Origin: an uncultured Chloroflexia bacterium
GTDB taxonomy: Bacteria > Chloroflexota > Anaerolineae > CG2-30-64-16
DNA length: 64,000 bases
Direction: 5' to 3'
Assembly: GCA_963774265.1 (NCBI GenBank)
Contig: CAVZDU010000008.1
Coordinates: 128,001 to 192,000, forward strand
Positions within the stretch are counted from its first letter, which is position 1. Each line of letters starts with the position of its first letter. Under the pieces are notes generated by a model. That model made no database searches. It was not told the origin of the DNA and saw nothing but the letters and a program-made list of their open reading frames with translations. Shown in pieces: positions 1 to 9,975 of this stretch. The translations under genes were made by a program, and so were the position numbers.

Positions 1-164
1 ATCTTTCAGCAGGCCCACGGGCCATCAGATCCAACGCCGGGCATTACACCATTAATCGGCGCAACACTCAGTGATGAGGATGCCATTGGATCGTGCGGTC
101 AGGCGAAACGCCCCACCGCGAACGCACAAAGCAGAGCAAATGCCCGTGGTCGGTCTTTGGCGTC

Positions 165-1562
165 CTAGTCCTCCGGAGCAACCTCTGTGCTGCTTGCGAC
201 CTCAGTGGCGACCGCGGCTACGCTTTCCGCGCCCGCAATGCCTTCTGTAGGTGCAACCGTCGCCGCTCCTGCCAGGCCCGTTGCGATCGCGCGCAGCCGC
301 TCAAGCGTTTTCGACGTTCGCAGATCTTGTCGAATAATTGCGCGGCCCTGTTCGGTGCCGAACGCGTCGAGGATTGCCTTCTTGGTCTCCTCGCTTTCTG
401 TTTGGCTGCCCATGCGCTGCAGATCGGCCTCTACTTCTTCGTCCGCGACCTCGATCCCCTCACGCAGCGCCAACTCAGCCAACACTAACCGCGCTTTCAC
501 GCGTCTCTCTGCAACCGGCATCAGCTCCTGCTCGTACTGCTGAACGGTCTTCCCCTGCAGCCGCAGCGAGTCCTCGAGCGTGTAGCCGACGTTTTTCATC
601 CGCTGTTCCATGTCGTGCAGCATCTCGTGCACCGTTTCATGGACCGCGATCGGCGGGAAGGCAAGCTTCGCCTTCTCGATCAGCGCCTCGACGGCATCAT
701 CGTTCAGCTTGTTGATGGCCTCAGTCTCGCGCTGCTTGCGAAGCTCATCCAGCTTCTTCGCGCGATAATCGGCCAGGTCACTGTACTCGCCAAGCGACTG
801 TGCAAATGCGTCGTTCAACTCCGGCAGGATTTTTGCGCGCACTTCCTTAACCTGAACCTTGAAGTGCGCAGTCTGACCCTTGTACTTGGAAAGGGAATCT
901 TCAGGATAAGTGATCTCGAATTCCTTCTCATCACCCGCGGACAGGCCTACAAACGACTCATCAAAACCCGGCAGCCAGCCGCTCTCACCACGCAACGTCA
1001 ATTCCCAATCCTGGTTGTCCATGATGGAGTTCTCGCCGACCTTGCCGACAATGTCCACCTTAACGATGTCATCCAACGCCGCGGCGCGTTCCACGACCTC
1101 ATGGCTCATGCGCGATGAGCGCGCTTGTTCCAGAGTTGCGTCGACATCCACCTCACTGACCTCAGCGGCCGCAGCCTCGACGCGCAGATCGCTGTAATCT
1201 CCCAGGTCCACCGTAGGTCGCAAAGGAACAACCAACTGGAACTTGATCACCGGATCAACGTCGACGTTCTCGAGCGATGCCTGACCGTAAGGATCCAGAT
1301 TGTGGCTATCCAGAACTTCCGCGTAGACTTCTTGCCCCAGGTCATCCACGATCTCATTGAGCAATGATGGCTTGCCATACATACGAACGACGGTCGCGAA
1401 TGGGGCTTTGCCCGGTCGGAAGCCAGGGATACGGGCTTTCTTTGAAACGAGCCGGACCGCGCGTTGCAGCGCCTGCTCGGTGCGCTCGGGGCCCAGCTCG
1501 ATGGTCAGATCTAGCTGATGGTCGTTGCGCGGGGTTGTGGTGACGATCAATTCTTCGGCCAA
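165..1562 (-). CDS. tig: Trigger factor
   Basis: Ribosome-binding motif IPGFRPGKAP, FKBP-like middle domain and C-terminal chaperone domain. TTG start at 1562 follows a GGAGG RBS; the ORF track starts 13 codons earlier. Confidence 0.95.
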   Translation of the reverse strand: MAEELIVTTTPRNDHQLDLTIELGPERTEQALQRAVRLVSKKARIPGFRPGKAPFATVVRMYGKPSLLNEIVDDLGQEVYAEVLDSHNLDPYGQASLENVDVDPVIKFQLVVPLRPTVDLGDYSDLRVEAAAAEVSEVDVDATLEQARSSRMSHEVVERAAALDDIVKVDIVGKVGENSIMDNQDWELTLRGESGWLPGFDESFVGLSAGDEKEFEITYPEDSLSKYKGQTAHFKVQVKEVRAKILPELNDAFAQSLGEYSDLADYRAKKLDELRKQRETEAINKLNDDAVEALIEKAKLAFPPIAVHETVHEMLHDMEQRMKNVGYTLEDSLRLQGKTVQQYEQELMPVAERRVKARLVLAELALREGIEVADEEVEADLQRMGSQTESEETKKAILDAFGTEQGRAIIRQDLRTSKTLERLRAIATGLAGAATVAPTEGIAGAESVAAVATEVASSTEVAPED

Positions 1563-1585
1563 GGGAATACCTCCGCAAACATCTA

Positions 1586-1640
1586 AACGAGTAACCAGCA
1601 AAGAGCAGAACCCTGTTTCGCTCTTTGCTCGTTACTCGTT
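1586..1640. repeat. Long inverted repeat with 7-bp periodicity in the tig 5' leader
   Basis: AACGAGTAAC-C-AGCAAAGAGC (1586-1606) pairs with GCTCTTTGCT-C-GTTACTCGTT (1620-1640). A minus-strand TATAAT lies at 1647-1652. Confidence 0.85.
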
Positions 1641-1677
1641 ACCGCAATTATACGCGATTTCATCTGGAGCGAGAAAT

Positions 1678-3531
1678 TTACGGCCGACCGAACTGCTTCG
1701 CCAGGTCTGCCGCGCTCATATACACCATAGTCGGTCGGCCGTGAGGACACGTGCGCGGAGAACGACACGCCTCCAGCCGCCTCACCAACTCCTGCATTTC
1801 GGGCATGCTCATCGGCGTGTTGCCCTTAATCGCCGCGCGCTTGCAAATGAGGGTCACCAACCGCGCCTCGTGTGTCGTTTCGACGACATCATCCCGCTGC
1901 GCCAACCCATCCAGGATTTCGACCACCGCTCGCTCTGGCTGGCCGCCATCTCGCGCCAGTACCGCGGGCACGCTGCGCAGGAGATACGAAGCACCACCGA
2001 ATGGCTCCAGCGCCAGCCCCAACTGGGACAGTGTATCAAGCTCCTCCGCAATCACAGCAGCATGTTCGGGCGAAAGGTCAACGACTAATGGCTCCAGCAG
2101 AGGCTGCACCGCAAGCCTGTTGGCCGCGTGATCTGCCAGCATTTGCTCGTAGAGCACGCGCTCGTGCGCTGCATGCTGGTCGACCAAATACATGCCGTCC
2201 GGGCCTTCAGCCACAATGTAGGTCGCGGCCATCTGCCCCACGACGCGAAGGATGGGCATCAGTCGGGTTTGATCGAGTTGCGATGATGGAGGGATGCTCG
2301 TAGCAGCAACCACAGGGGCAACGTCTGAGCCCTTCCAACCCCCGCTTGCACCTCCCCACTCATCGTGGCGCAGGGGCATTGGGACCTGGCTCCCGCGACC
2401 GGCAGCCAGAAGGGCATCCCTCCGCCCGGTCCAACCTTCACCGCCAAAGGGAGTTGCCGCACCGACCTCGTGGGGCCATGCGCTGGGTGTGCCAGTAGCG
2501 TCTGCATCGGCGCGCGGGATCGGTGCATACTCGACCAACGCGCGACGCACTGTTTTCTGCACTGCGCTGAAGACCGCGTTCGGCTCACGGAAACGCACTT
2601 CTGCCTTGGTCGGGTGAACGTTAACGTCCACATCCTCCGTGTCGATCTCCAGGAAGATGACCGCGACAGGATAGCGGCCCACGGGCAGCAGCGTATGGTA
2701 CGCTTGAACCACAGCGTAGGCGATAGAGGTGTCTTGGAACCAGCGCCGGTTGACAAAGAGGGTGATGAGGCCGCGATTGCCGCGGTGAAGCGATGGCGCA
2801 CCGACATACCCCGAAACCCCTGGACCCATTCGGGTATTCGTCTCCCCATTGCCGCTAGCCCCTACCTCGATCATTTGCTTCGCCATTTCCAGACCGTACA
2901 CGCGCGCGAGCACATCAACCAGTTTGCCTGTTCCTGTGGACTGAAACAGCAGTTTGCCGTCGGAGAGCAGGGACAAGCGTCTCTCGGGATAGGCCAGGGC
3001 GTAGCGGGTGACGACCTGCTGGATGTGTGCAGCCTCAGTAGCCGGCTGTTTGAGGAACTTGAGTCTCGCCGGCACATTGGCGAAGAGATGCTCGACGGTG
3101 ATCGTTGTACCAGGGGGCGCGCCTGCCAGGCTATGCTCCACCTCGCGGCCTTCAGCGAGACGAATGAAGGTCCCCGCGTCGGCATCGACCGTGCGCGTCA
3201 GGACGGTGACCTGCGCGACCGATGCGATGCTTGCCAGCGCCTCTCCGCGGAAGCCGAGCGTAGTGATGTGGCTCAGATCATCGGTGCTGCTGATCTTGCT
3301 CGTGGCGTGACGGAGGAACGCGACACTCGCTTCGTCCGCCGGTATGCCGCAGCCGTCATCCTGCACGCGGATCAGCCGGCGCCCGCCCTCGCGCACCTCG
3401 ATACGGATATCGGTCGCGCCGGAATCCAGGCTATTCTCAATCAGCTCTTTAACCACAGATGCAGGTCGCTCGACAACCTCGCCAGCGGCGATTTGGTTAG
3501 CGACTTCAGGGGCAAGGACACGAATAGGCAT
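1678..3531 (-). CDS. mutL: DNA mismatch repair endonuclease MutL
   Basis: IAAGEVVERPASVVKELIENSLD, GFRGEAL, DVNVHPTK, DQHAAHER and CPHGRP motifs. Confidence 0.98.
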   Translation of the reverse strand: MPIRVLAPEVANQIAAGEVVERPASVVKELIENSLDSGATDIRIEVREGGRRLIRVQDDGCGIPADEASVAFLRHATSKISSTDDLSHITTLGFRGEALASIASVAQVTVLTRTVDADAGTFIRLAEGREVEHSLAGAPPGTTITVEHLFANVPARLKFLKQPATEAAHIQQVVTRYALAYPERRLSLLSDGKLLFQSTGTGKLVDVLARVYGLEMAKQMIEVGASGNGETNTRMGPGVSGYVGAPSLHRGNRGLITLFVNRRWFQDTSIAYAVVQAYHTLLPVGRYPVAVIFLEIDTEDVDVNVHPTKAEVRFREPNAVFSAVQKTVRRALVEYAPIPRADADATGTPSAWPHEVGAATPFGGEGWTGRRDALLAAGRGSQVPMPLRHDEWGGASGGWKGSDVAPVVAATSIPPSSQLDQTRLMPILRVVGQMAATYIVAEGPDGMYLVDQHAAHERVLYEQMLADHAANRLAVQPLLEPLVVDLSPEHAAVIAEELDTLSQLGLALEPFGGASYLLRSVPAVLARDGGQPERAVVEILDGLAQRDDVVETTHEARLVTLICKRAAIKGNTPMSMPEMQELVRRLEACRSPRTCPHGRPTMVYMSAADLAKQFGRP

Positions 3532-3627
3532 GGGGACATTTTACCATAGGCCGGCGGGACTATCTGAACCTTGATCCGCGCCTGTTGCCTCCCGTCTGAC
3601 AACTTTCGCACAATCATTGCACAATTA

Positions 3628-3656
3628 TTGACACCGAGAACATCGCGCGCTATACT
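3628..3656 (+). promoter_or_regulatory. sigma70-type promoter of the tetR/beta-oxidation cluster
   Basis: TTGACA (3628-3633) - 17 nt - TATACT (3651-3656). Confidence 0.85.
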
Positions 3657-3689
3657 GATACATAGTCAGTTACTGACCAGCGGTCAGTA
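3654..3689. promoter_or_regulatory. Two tandem palindromic operators ACTGA(C/T)-N5-GTCAGT, probable TetR sites
   Basis: ACTGAT-ACATA-GTCAGT (3654-3670) and TACTGACC-AGC-GGTCAGTA (3671-3689) overlap the -10 and the predicted start site, directly upstream of a TetR gene. Confidence 0.8.
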
Positions 3690-3812
3690 TTATCCTCATC
3701 TGCATAGGCCGCGTCCTCTTCTCATGCCGTGACACGGTCCCGCTCACGCTGCGTGGCCGTGCGTCGACGATGTTCGGTAACACGCGTAAGCGAACCAAGT
3801 GGAGTGAAGACG

Positions 3813-4487
3813 GTGGCAACGCAGGATCGCCGAGAGCAGGACCGGGCCCGTCGGAGAAAAGACATCCTTCTGTCCGCACGTGCAGTCTTCGCCCAGAATG
3901 GCTTCCATCGCGCCACAGTCGATCAAATTGCACAACATGCGGAAGTCGCCAAGGGCACGATCTACCTATACTTCGAAAACAAGGAAGCGATCCTCGCCGA
4001 TCTGGTGCTCCAGGCTCTGGCCGAGCTTCACGATCAGCTCAAGGCAGCCAGCGATGCGCGATCGCTGCTCCACCCCGACGGCCGGCTGCGTGCGATGGCC
4101 GATGCCTACCTCGCCTTCTCACAACGCTCACCAGACTATTTCCGTCTATTGACAGCATTCGACGGCGGTCACCTGGGCGTCGATCTCTCAGCCGTGCGCC
4201 GGGAGTTGATCCTGGGCGCCTCAAACCAGACCCTGGATCTCGTGACTCAGGCCATCGCGGATGGGATGGCACTGGGCATATGGGCCGCGGGCGACGCACG
4301 CCAGACGGCTGCGGTGCTCTGGGCGGGATTGAACGGCGCTCTTACGCTCCTGGCCCATCCTATCCGTCGCACCATGCTCACGCTTGACCAATCCAGTCTC
4401 TACCACGCGATGTTGGAGCTTCTGTTAAAGGGCTTAGCCTACCCTGACGAAACGCCGAACAGGTCAGAAAAGGAGATAATGGCATGA
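3813..4487 (+). CDS. TetR/AcrR-family transcriptional regulator
   Basis: N-terminal HTH ILLSARAVFAQNGFHRATVDQIAQHAEVAKGTIYLYFENKE. GTG start at 3813 after GGAG. Stop overlaps the thiolase ATG (ATGA). Confidence 0.93.
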   Translation: MATQDRREQDRARRRKDILLSARAVFAQNGFHRATVDQIAQHAEVAKGTIYLYFENKEAILADLVLQALAELHDQLKAASDARSLLHPDGRLRAMADAYLAFSQRSPDYFRLLTAFDGGHLGVDLSAVRRELILGASNQTLDLVTQAIADGMALGIWAAGDARQTAAVLWAGLNGALTLLAHPIRRTMLTLDQSSLYHAMLELLLKGLAYPDETPNRSEKEIMA

Positions 4488-5694
4488 AGGAAGTCGTCAT
4501 CGCCAACCCGTTGCGCACCGCCAACGGCAGCTTCGGCGGCGCGTTCAAGACCGTGCCTGCCTACGATCTGGCGAAGATCGTCATGCAGCGCGTCATCGCC
4601 GATGCCGGCATCGATCCCGGCCAACTGGATGAGGTGATCTTCGGCAACATCGGCCAGCCGTCCGAGGCGGCCAACATCGCCCGCGTCGCCGCGCTCTACG
4701 CCGGCATCCCCGAACACGTCCCGGCCTACACGGTGCAGCGCAACTGCGCCTCGTCCATGCAGGCCATCACGTCGCGCCTACCAGGCCATCCAGGTCGGCG
4801 ACGGCGAGCTGTTCCTGGTGGGCGGCACCGAGAACATGAGCCAGATCCCCTACGTGATCAAGGGCGCGCGCTGGGGCCTGAAGCTGCGCCACGCCGAGCT
4901 CACCGACGCGCTGTGGGAAGGCCTGACCGATCCCACCTGCAACCTGATCATGGGCGGCACGGCCGAGAACCTGGCCGAGCAGTACAGCGATCACCCGCGA
5001 GGAGCAGGACCAGTACGCCGTGCAAGAGCCACAAGAAGGCGTTCATGGCCACCCGCATGGGCAAGTTCAAGGACGAGATCGTGCCGGTCGAGGTGGTCAA
5101 GAAGGCGGCGGGCCAGGAGGTGGCCAAGGAGACCATCACCCAGGACGAGAGCATCAACCCCGGCCTGACCGTGCAGAAGGCGGCGCTCTACCCCACCGTC
5201 TTCAAGAAGGACGGCACCGTGACGCCGGCCAACGCCTGCCCCATGAACGACGGCGCGGCGGCCATGCTGGTGACGACCGCCGAACGGGCCGAGAAGCTCG
5301 GCCTGAAGCCGATGGCGCGCATCCTGGGCTACGGCTACACCGGCGTCAGCCCGGCCTATATGGGCATCGGCCCGGCCACCGCGCTGCCCAAGGCGCTGGC
5401 CCGCGCGGGCCTGAAATATGACCAGCTCGATCTGGTGGAGCTCAACGAGGCGTTCGCCGCGCAGTCGCTGGCCGTGGGCAAGCAAGATGACCGCAGGACG
5501 GCCACGGCTGGGACTGGGAGAAGACCAACGTCAACGGCGGCGCCATCGCGCTGGGCCACCCGGTCGGCCAGTCGGGCGCGCGCATCGTCGTCACCCTGCT
5601 GCACGAGATGAAGCGCCGCAACAGCCGCTACGGCGCGGCCACCCTCTGCGTCGGCGGCGGCCAGGGCGCGGCGTTGATCGTCGAACGGCTCTAG
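4484..5694 (+). CDS. Acetyl-CoA C-acyltransferase (thiolase), frameshifted in this sequence
   Basis: QRNCASS (catalytic Cys), [26 protein letters not shown] and TLCVGGGQG are spread over several frames. Shifts near 4775, 4990-5020 and 5480-5495; TAG at 5692-5694. Confidence 0.9.
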
Positions 5695-5706
5695 AATCGT
5701 GAGTAC

Positions 5707-5760
5707 AAGATTGAAGATTGTCTGAAGCGTCACGGTCTTCAGTCTGCAATCTTCAATCTT
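5707..5760. repeat. Intergenic hairpin built of (AAGATTG)2 heptamers
   Basis: AAGATTGAAGATTG (5707-5720) / CAATCTTCAATCTT (5747-5760) is a perfect 14-bp IR, with an inner CTGAAG/CTTCAG stem. Confidence 0.9.
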
Positions 5761-5785
5761 CGCATGCACCGCAAAGGAGGAGACC

Positions 5786-7001
5786 ATGTACATCTTCAAA
5801 GCCGGCGTCGTCGGCGCCGGGACGATGGGCGGGGAGATCGCCCAGGTCATCAGCTTCAGCGGCCTGCCGGTGGTGCTGAAGGACGTCGACCAGGAGATGC
5901 TCGACAAGGGCATGGAGACCATCCGGCACATCTACCAGAGCCGGGTGGACAAGGGCAAGATGAGCGCCGGCGAGATGGAGAGCAAGATGGCCCTGATCGA
6001 GCCGACCCTCACCTACGACAGCTTCGCCGACGTGGATATCGTCATCGAGGCCGTGCCGGAGAAGATGGCGATCAAGAAGCAGGTGCTGGCCGAGCTGGAC
6101 GCCGTGCTGCCCGAGACGGCGATCTTCGCCAGCAACACCTCGGCGCTTTCGATCAGCGAGATGGCCGCGGCCACGAAGCGGCCGGGCAAGGTGATCGGGA
6201 TGCACTTCTTCAACCCGGCCCACGTGATGAAGCTGGTGGAGATCATCCCCGGCCTGGAGACCGCGCAGGAGACGATCGACGATGTGGTCGATGTTCACCG
6301 AGTCGCTGCGCAAGCTGCCAGTCGTCGTGCAGGAGTGCCCCGGCTTCCTGGTCAACCGGCTGCTCATGCCCTACCTGAACGAGGCGACCTGGTGTCTTGC
6401 AGGAAGGCGCGGCCACGGCCACCGAGATCGACGCGGCCATCGATCGAATTCGGCATGCCGATGGGGCCGTTCACGCTGATGGACATGTTGGGCATCGACG
6501 TCTGCCAGTACGTCGGCGACTACATGGCTCAGCGAGTATGGCCCGCGGATGGACGCGCGGCGCCCTGTTCAAGAAGCTGGTCGAGGCCGGCCGCCTGGGC
6601 GAGAAGAACGGCAAGGGCTTCTACGGCTACGGCGACGAGACCGACGAGCCGGTCAAGGAGATGATCGCCTCGTTCGGCACGACTCCGAACAGCGTCTTCA
6701 GCGTCGAGCGGGTGATCTATCCGCTGATCAACGAGGCGATCCTGGCCTGCAGGAGCACATCGCCTCGGTCAACGATATCGACATGGCGATGATCGCCGGC
6801 ACCGGCATGACCTATCACGGCGAGCGCAAGGGGCCGTTGGCCATCGCCGACGAGATCGGCCTGGATGTCGTGCTGGCGGGGCTGGAGAAGTTCTTTGCCC
6901 AATACGGCGAGCGCTTCCGCCCGGCCCGCCTGCTGCGCACCAAAGTCCGCGCCGGCCACCTGGGGGTGAAGGTGGGGCGCGGATTCCACGAGTACGCGTA
7001 A
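5786..7001 (+). CDS. 3-hydroxyacyl-CoA dehydrogenase with duplicated C-terminal domain, frameshifted
   Basis: GVVGAGTMGGEIA, IEAVPE, ASNTS, GMHFFNPA, PGFLVNR, PMGPF, GRLGEKNGKGFY and GHLGVKVGRGFHEY. Several shifts between 6285 and 6750. Confidence 0.9.
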
Positions 7002-7019
7002 AGAAAGGAGTTCGTCACT

Positions 7020-7810
7020 ATGGCAGAGTACACCAACGTATCGCATGGCGCATCGAAGATCGCGTCGCCGTCCTGACGATCGACCACCCGCCGGCCAACG
7101 CATTCAACCGCGCCACCATCGCCGAACTGGACGCCGCGATGGACGAGCTGATCGCCAACGACCAGGTCAAGGTGATCATCATCACCGGCGCGGGCGAGTT
7201 CGCCTTCGTGGCCGGCGCCGACATCAACGAGATCAGCCAGGTGAAAGACGGCTGCCGAGGCGCTGGCGTTCATCAACCTGGGGCAGGGAGTCTTCAACAA
7301 GATCGAAGGCTCGCCCCAAGCCGGTCATCGCGGCCATCAACGCGGTGGCGCTGGGCGGCGGGCTGGAGCTGGCGATGGCCTGCCACATCCGCATCATTGG
7401 CCGATCGCGCCCGCGTGGGCCAGCCGGAAAGCAACCTGGGCATCATCCCCGGCTGGGGCGGCACGCAGCGCCTGCCGCGGCTGGTCGGGCCGGCCAAGGC
7501 CATCGAGCTGATCCTGACCGGCGATATGATCAACGCCCAGGAGGCATTCCGCCTGGGACTGGCCAACAAGGTCGTGCCGGCCGGCCAGGTGCTGGCCGAG
7601 GCAAAGGGACTGGCCAAGAAGATCGCCGCGAAGAGCAAGCTGACCAACGAGGCCACCCTCAAGGCGGTGATCGGCGGGCTGAAGGAGTCGCTGATCGACG
7701 GCCTTGCACTGGAAGCCGACCAGTTCACCAAGCTGATCGGCAGCCACGACACAACAGAGGGGGTTTCCGCGTTTCTGCAGAAGCGCCAGGCCAAGTTCAC
7801 GGATAGTTGA
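7020..7810 (+). CDS. Enoyl-CoA hydratase/crotonase, frameshifted
   Basis: AAGGAG RBS and ATG at 7020. FVAGADI, ALGGGLELAMAC, GQPESNLGIIPGWGGTQRLPRLVG and EGVSAFLQKR occur across frames. Confidence 0.9.
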
Positions 7811-7815
7811 CTAGC

Positions 7816-7877
7816 GTGTCAGGGATCAGGTGTCAGGGATCGGTCATGCGGCCTCGTCTGACCTGGCTCCTGTCCCT
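7816..7877. repeat. Heptamer-periodic direct repeat with imperfect inverted arm
   Basis: GTGTCAGGGATC at 7816-7827 and 7830-7841 (TGTCAGG/GATCAGG units), followed by the partly complementary CTGACCTGGCTCCTGTCCCT (7858-7877). Confidence 0.65.
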
Positions 7878-7913
7878 AAAGCCCGTAATCCTTACAAAAG
7901 GATCTCTTTCAAA

Positions 7914-9903
7914 ATGGAAATCGACTAAATGGGAGACTCGACTGAATGGACCGCAAATTGCGGTCTTCATCGACTTCGAGAACGTTGCAACCTCGGCAGA
8001 GGCCAATTCGGCGATTTCGACGTAACTGCGGTGATGGATCTGCTGCGCACGCGCGGCCGGCTGCTCATCAAGCGTGCATACGGCGATTGGGGACGTTTCC
8101 ACCGCTACCGCCGAGCCATGCTGGAGAACGGGATCGACCTGTTCCAGCTCTACTCGGTCGGCATTCAACAGAAGAATCGAGCCGATGTTCGCCTGGCGAT
8201 TGATGCCATGGAAACCGTCTTCACTCGGCCCAATATCGACGTCTATGCAATCGTCTCCGGTGATAGCGATTTCACCGAACTGATCCACAAGCTGCGCGAC
8301 TACGGCAAGTACACCATCGGCATCGGCCTGCACTCGGCGACCAGCGACCTGTTGCGCCGCGCGTGCGACGAGTTCATCTTCTACGAGACGCTGGTGGCCG
8401 AGGAGCTATCGACGACATCGCCGACGAGCTGCAGCTGCCCGACCCGCGCGATCTGCTGCGCCGCGCACTCGATGGCCGCCGAGCAGAAGGGCGAGACGCC
8501 GGTCTTCGCCGGCCGGCTGAAGCAGATCATGCTGAGTCTGGATTCATCGTTCAACGAGGCCAACTACGGCTACCAGCAGTTTCGTGCCTTCCTGGAGGGG
8601 CAGCTCAATCTGATTACCCTTCAAGAGATCGATTCTCAACTCTATGTGAAGCTTCGAAAAGCCGGCGATCCGCCGGCATCCCCTGCCTCGCTGGCTGAGT
8701 CGAGCGCGCCTTCGATCGCTAAGCCCATTAGCGAGGTCGATCCCAGTCAACGCTTTCGCAGCTTTCTTCGCGAAGCCGGCCTGCGGGTCATCGACTATGC
8801 AACCCGGCGCCAGGTGCTGGCTGACTTCCTGTCGGCCGTCCAGTCGTCACTCGAGTCGCTATCGCTGAACCAGGCCGCCGATCTGCTGAAGGATCGCTAC
8901 GACGCTGAAAACGCCTTGACCCAAAAAATCGCAGTTGGCGAAGTGATGCGGCTTCTGATCATGAGCGGCGCGCTTCGCTACCAGGGGAATCAACCCGCCA
9001 GCGACGCACAGCTACTCGAGACTCAACTGCTAACACTCGACAGCCTCAGTCCCGGTTGCGACTCAGTGTATGTCACGCGCTTGGTTGAGGGAGGAGTGCC
9101 CGTCGACGCCGAGGCCCTTGCACCACTATTATACGGTTCCGGAGCGTCGGCTGGCCAGGTCATGACCCTCTGTGAACGTCTGACTGCGTCAGGGTGCCTG
9201 GTGCTGACCGACGGGGGATGCACCATTGCGCCTGCGCGCGATCGACGGATTTCTTGCCCGAGAGGAGTTGTCGCTGGCAGCGGGCAGCCTGAAGCGTGTG
9301 ACGTTGCCCGCAGGCGAGCCGTCGGTCGCCATGGCCGAGAGCCTTTTCCGCGAGGCGTCGGACCTGCGACAGAAGGACTTCGCCGGCAGCGCGCAGCGTT
9401 ATCTGCAGGCGGCACGCATCCAACTCGATGCAGTACGCGCAGGCCAACCGCGCGCCGGCTTTGACGACCTGAAGTGGTACCTCGCCAGCTACTGCTCAGT
9501 CAAGGCCGGCCACGCCTTCGTCTCAGGCAACTACGGGGAGGCCGTGCCGTTCTACCTGGCCTTCTTTGGTCTGGCGCAGGAAGCCGATTGCGTCTGGCCG
9601 CGCATCCAGCGGTTGGTCAACCCCATGGCCAGCTACTATTTCGCCATCGCCGGGAAACGGCTGAACGAACCCGTGCCGCAGAACCTGGGCCGCTCCCCCG
9701 CCGCACAAGTCGCACTGCGCATACATAACCACGTCAATCCTCAGGTAGGGCTGGCGTGGGAGGATCTGATGCGCCTTCTTGCGCGGATCAACCTCGGCAT
9801 GGTTCGCATGACATTCCGCGAGCTCACCGGTTTAGCCGGGCCGATCACCCACATGGGCGATCCCGCGCGTGTCGAACGGACACGCGTTTTCTTGACGGCC
9901 TGA
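7914..9903 (+). CDS. NYN (LabA/DUF88 PIN-like) domain protein with OST-HTH/LOTUS domain and long helical C-terminus, frameshifted
   Basis: IAVFIDFENV, KRAYGDW, KNRADVRLAIDA, IVSGDSDF, LRRACDEFIFYE, then LKQIMLSLDSSFNEANYGYQQFRAFLE. Shifts near 7920, 8008, 8408, 8470 and 9235. Start approximate. Confidence 0.85.
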
Positions 9904-9975
9904 TCCATAATGGCCAGGACGCACCCATTCTGATCACAGTAGGGAATACAGTCGTTCCTTGAGAAAGGAGCCGCC

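Noticed and set aside
1-164. Start of a gene downstream of tig (e.g. clpP)
   Set aside because: Only a short minus-strand ORF without recognisable motifs is visible at the window edge.
2365-3549. 394-aa plus-strand ORF and similar long antisense ORFs (e.g. 19948-21531, 10018-10881, 50318-51229)
   Set aside because: Shadow ORFs opposite well-supported genes in GC-rich DNA, with no recognisable motifs.
4484-9903. Programmed frameshifting or true pseudogenes in the beta-oxidation genes
   Set aside because: The indels are numerous and scattered, lack slippery motifs, and also hit housekeeping genes (cca, etfB). Sequencing or consensus error is more parsimonious.
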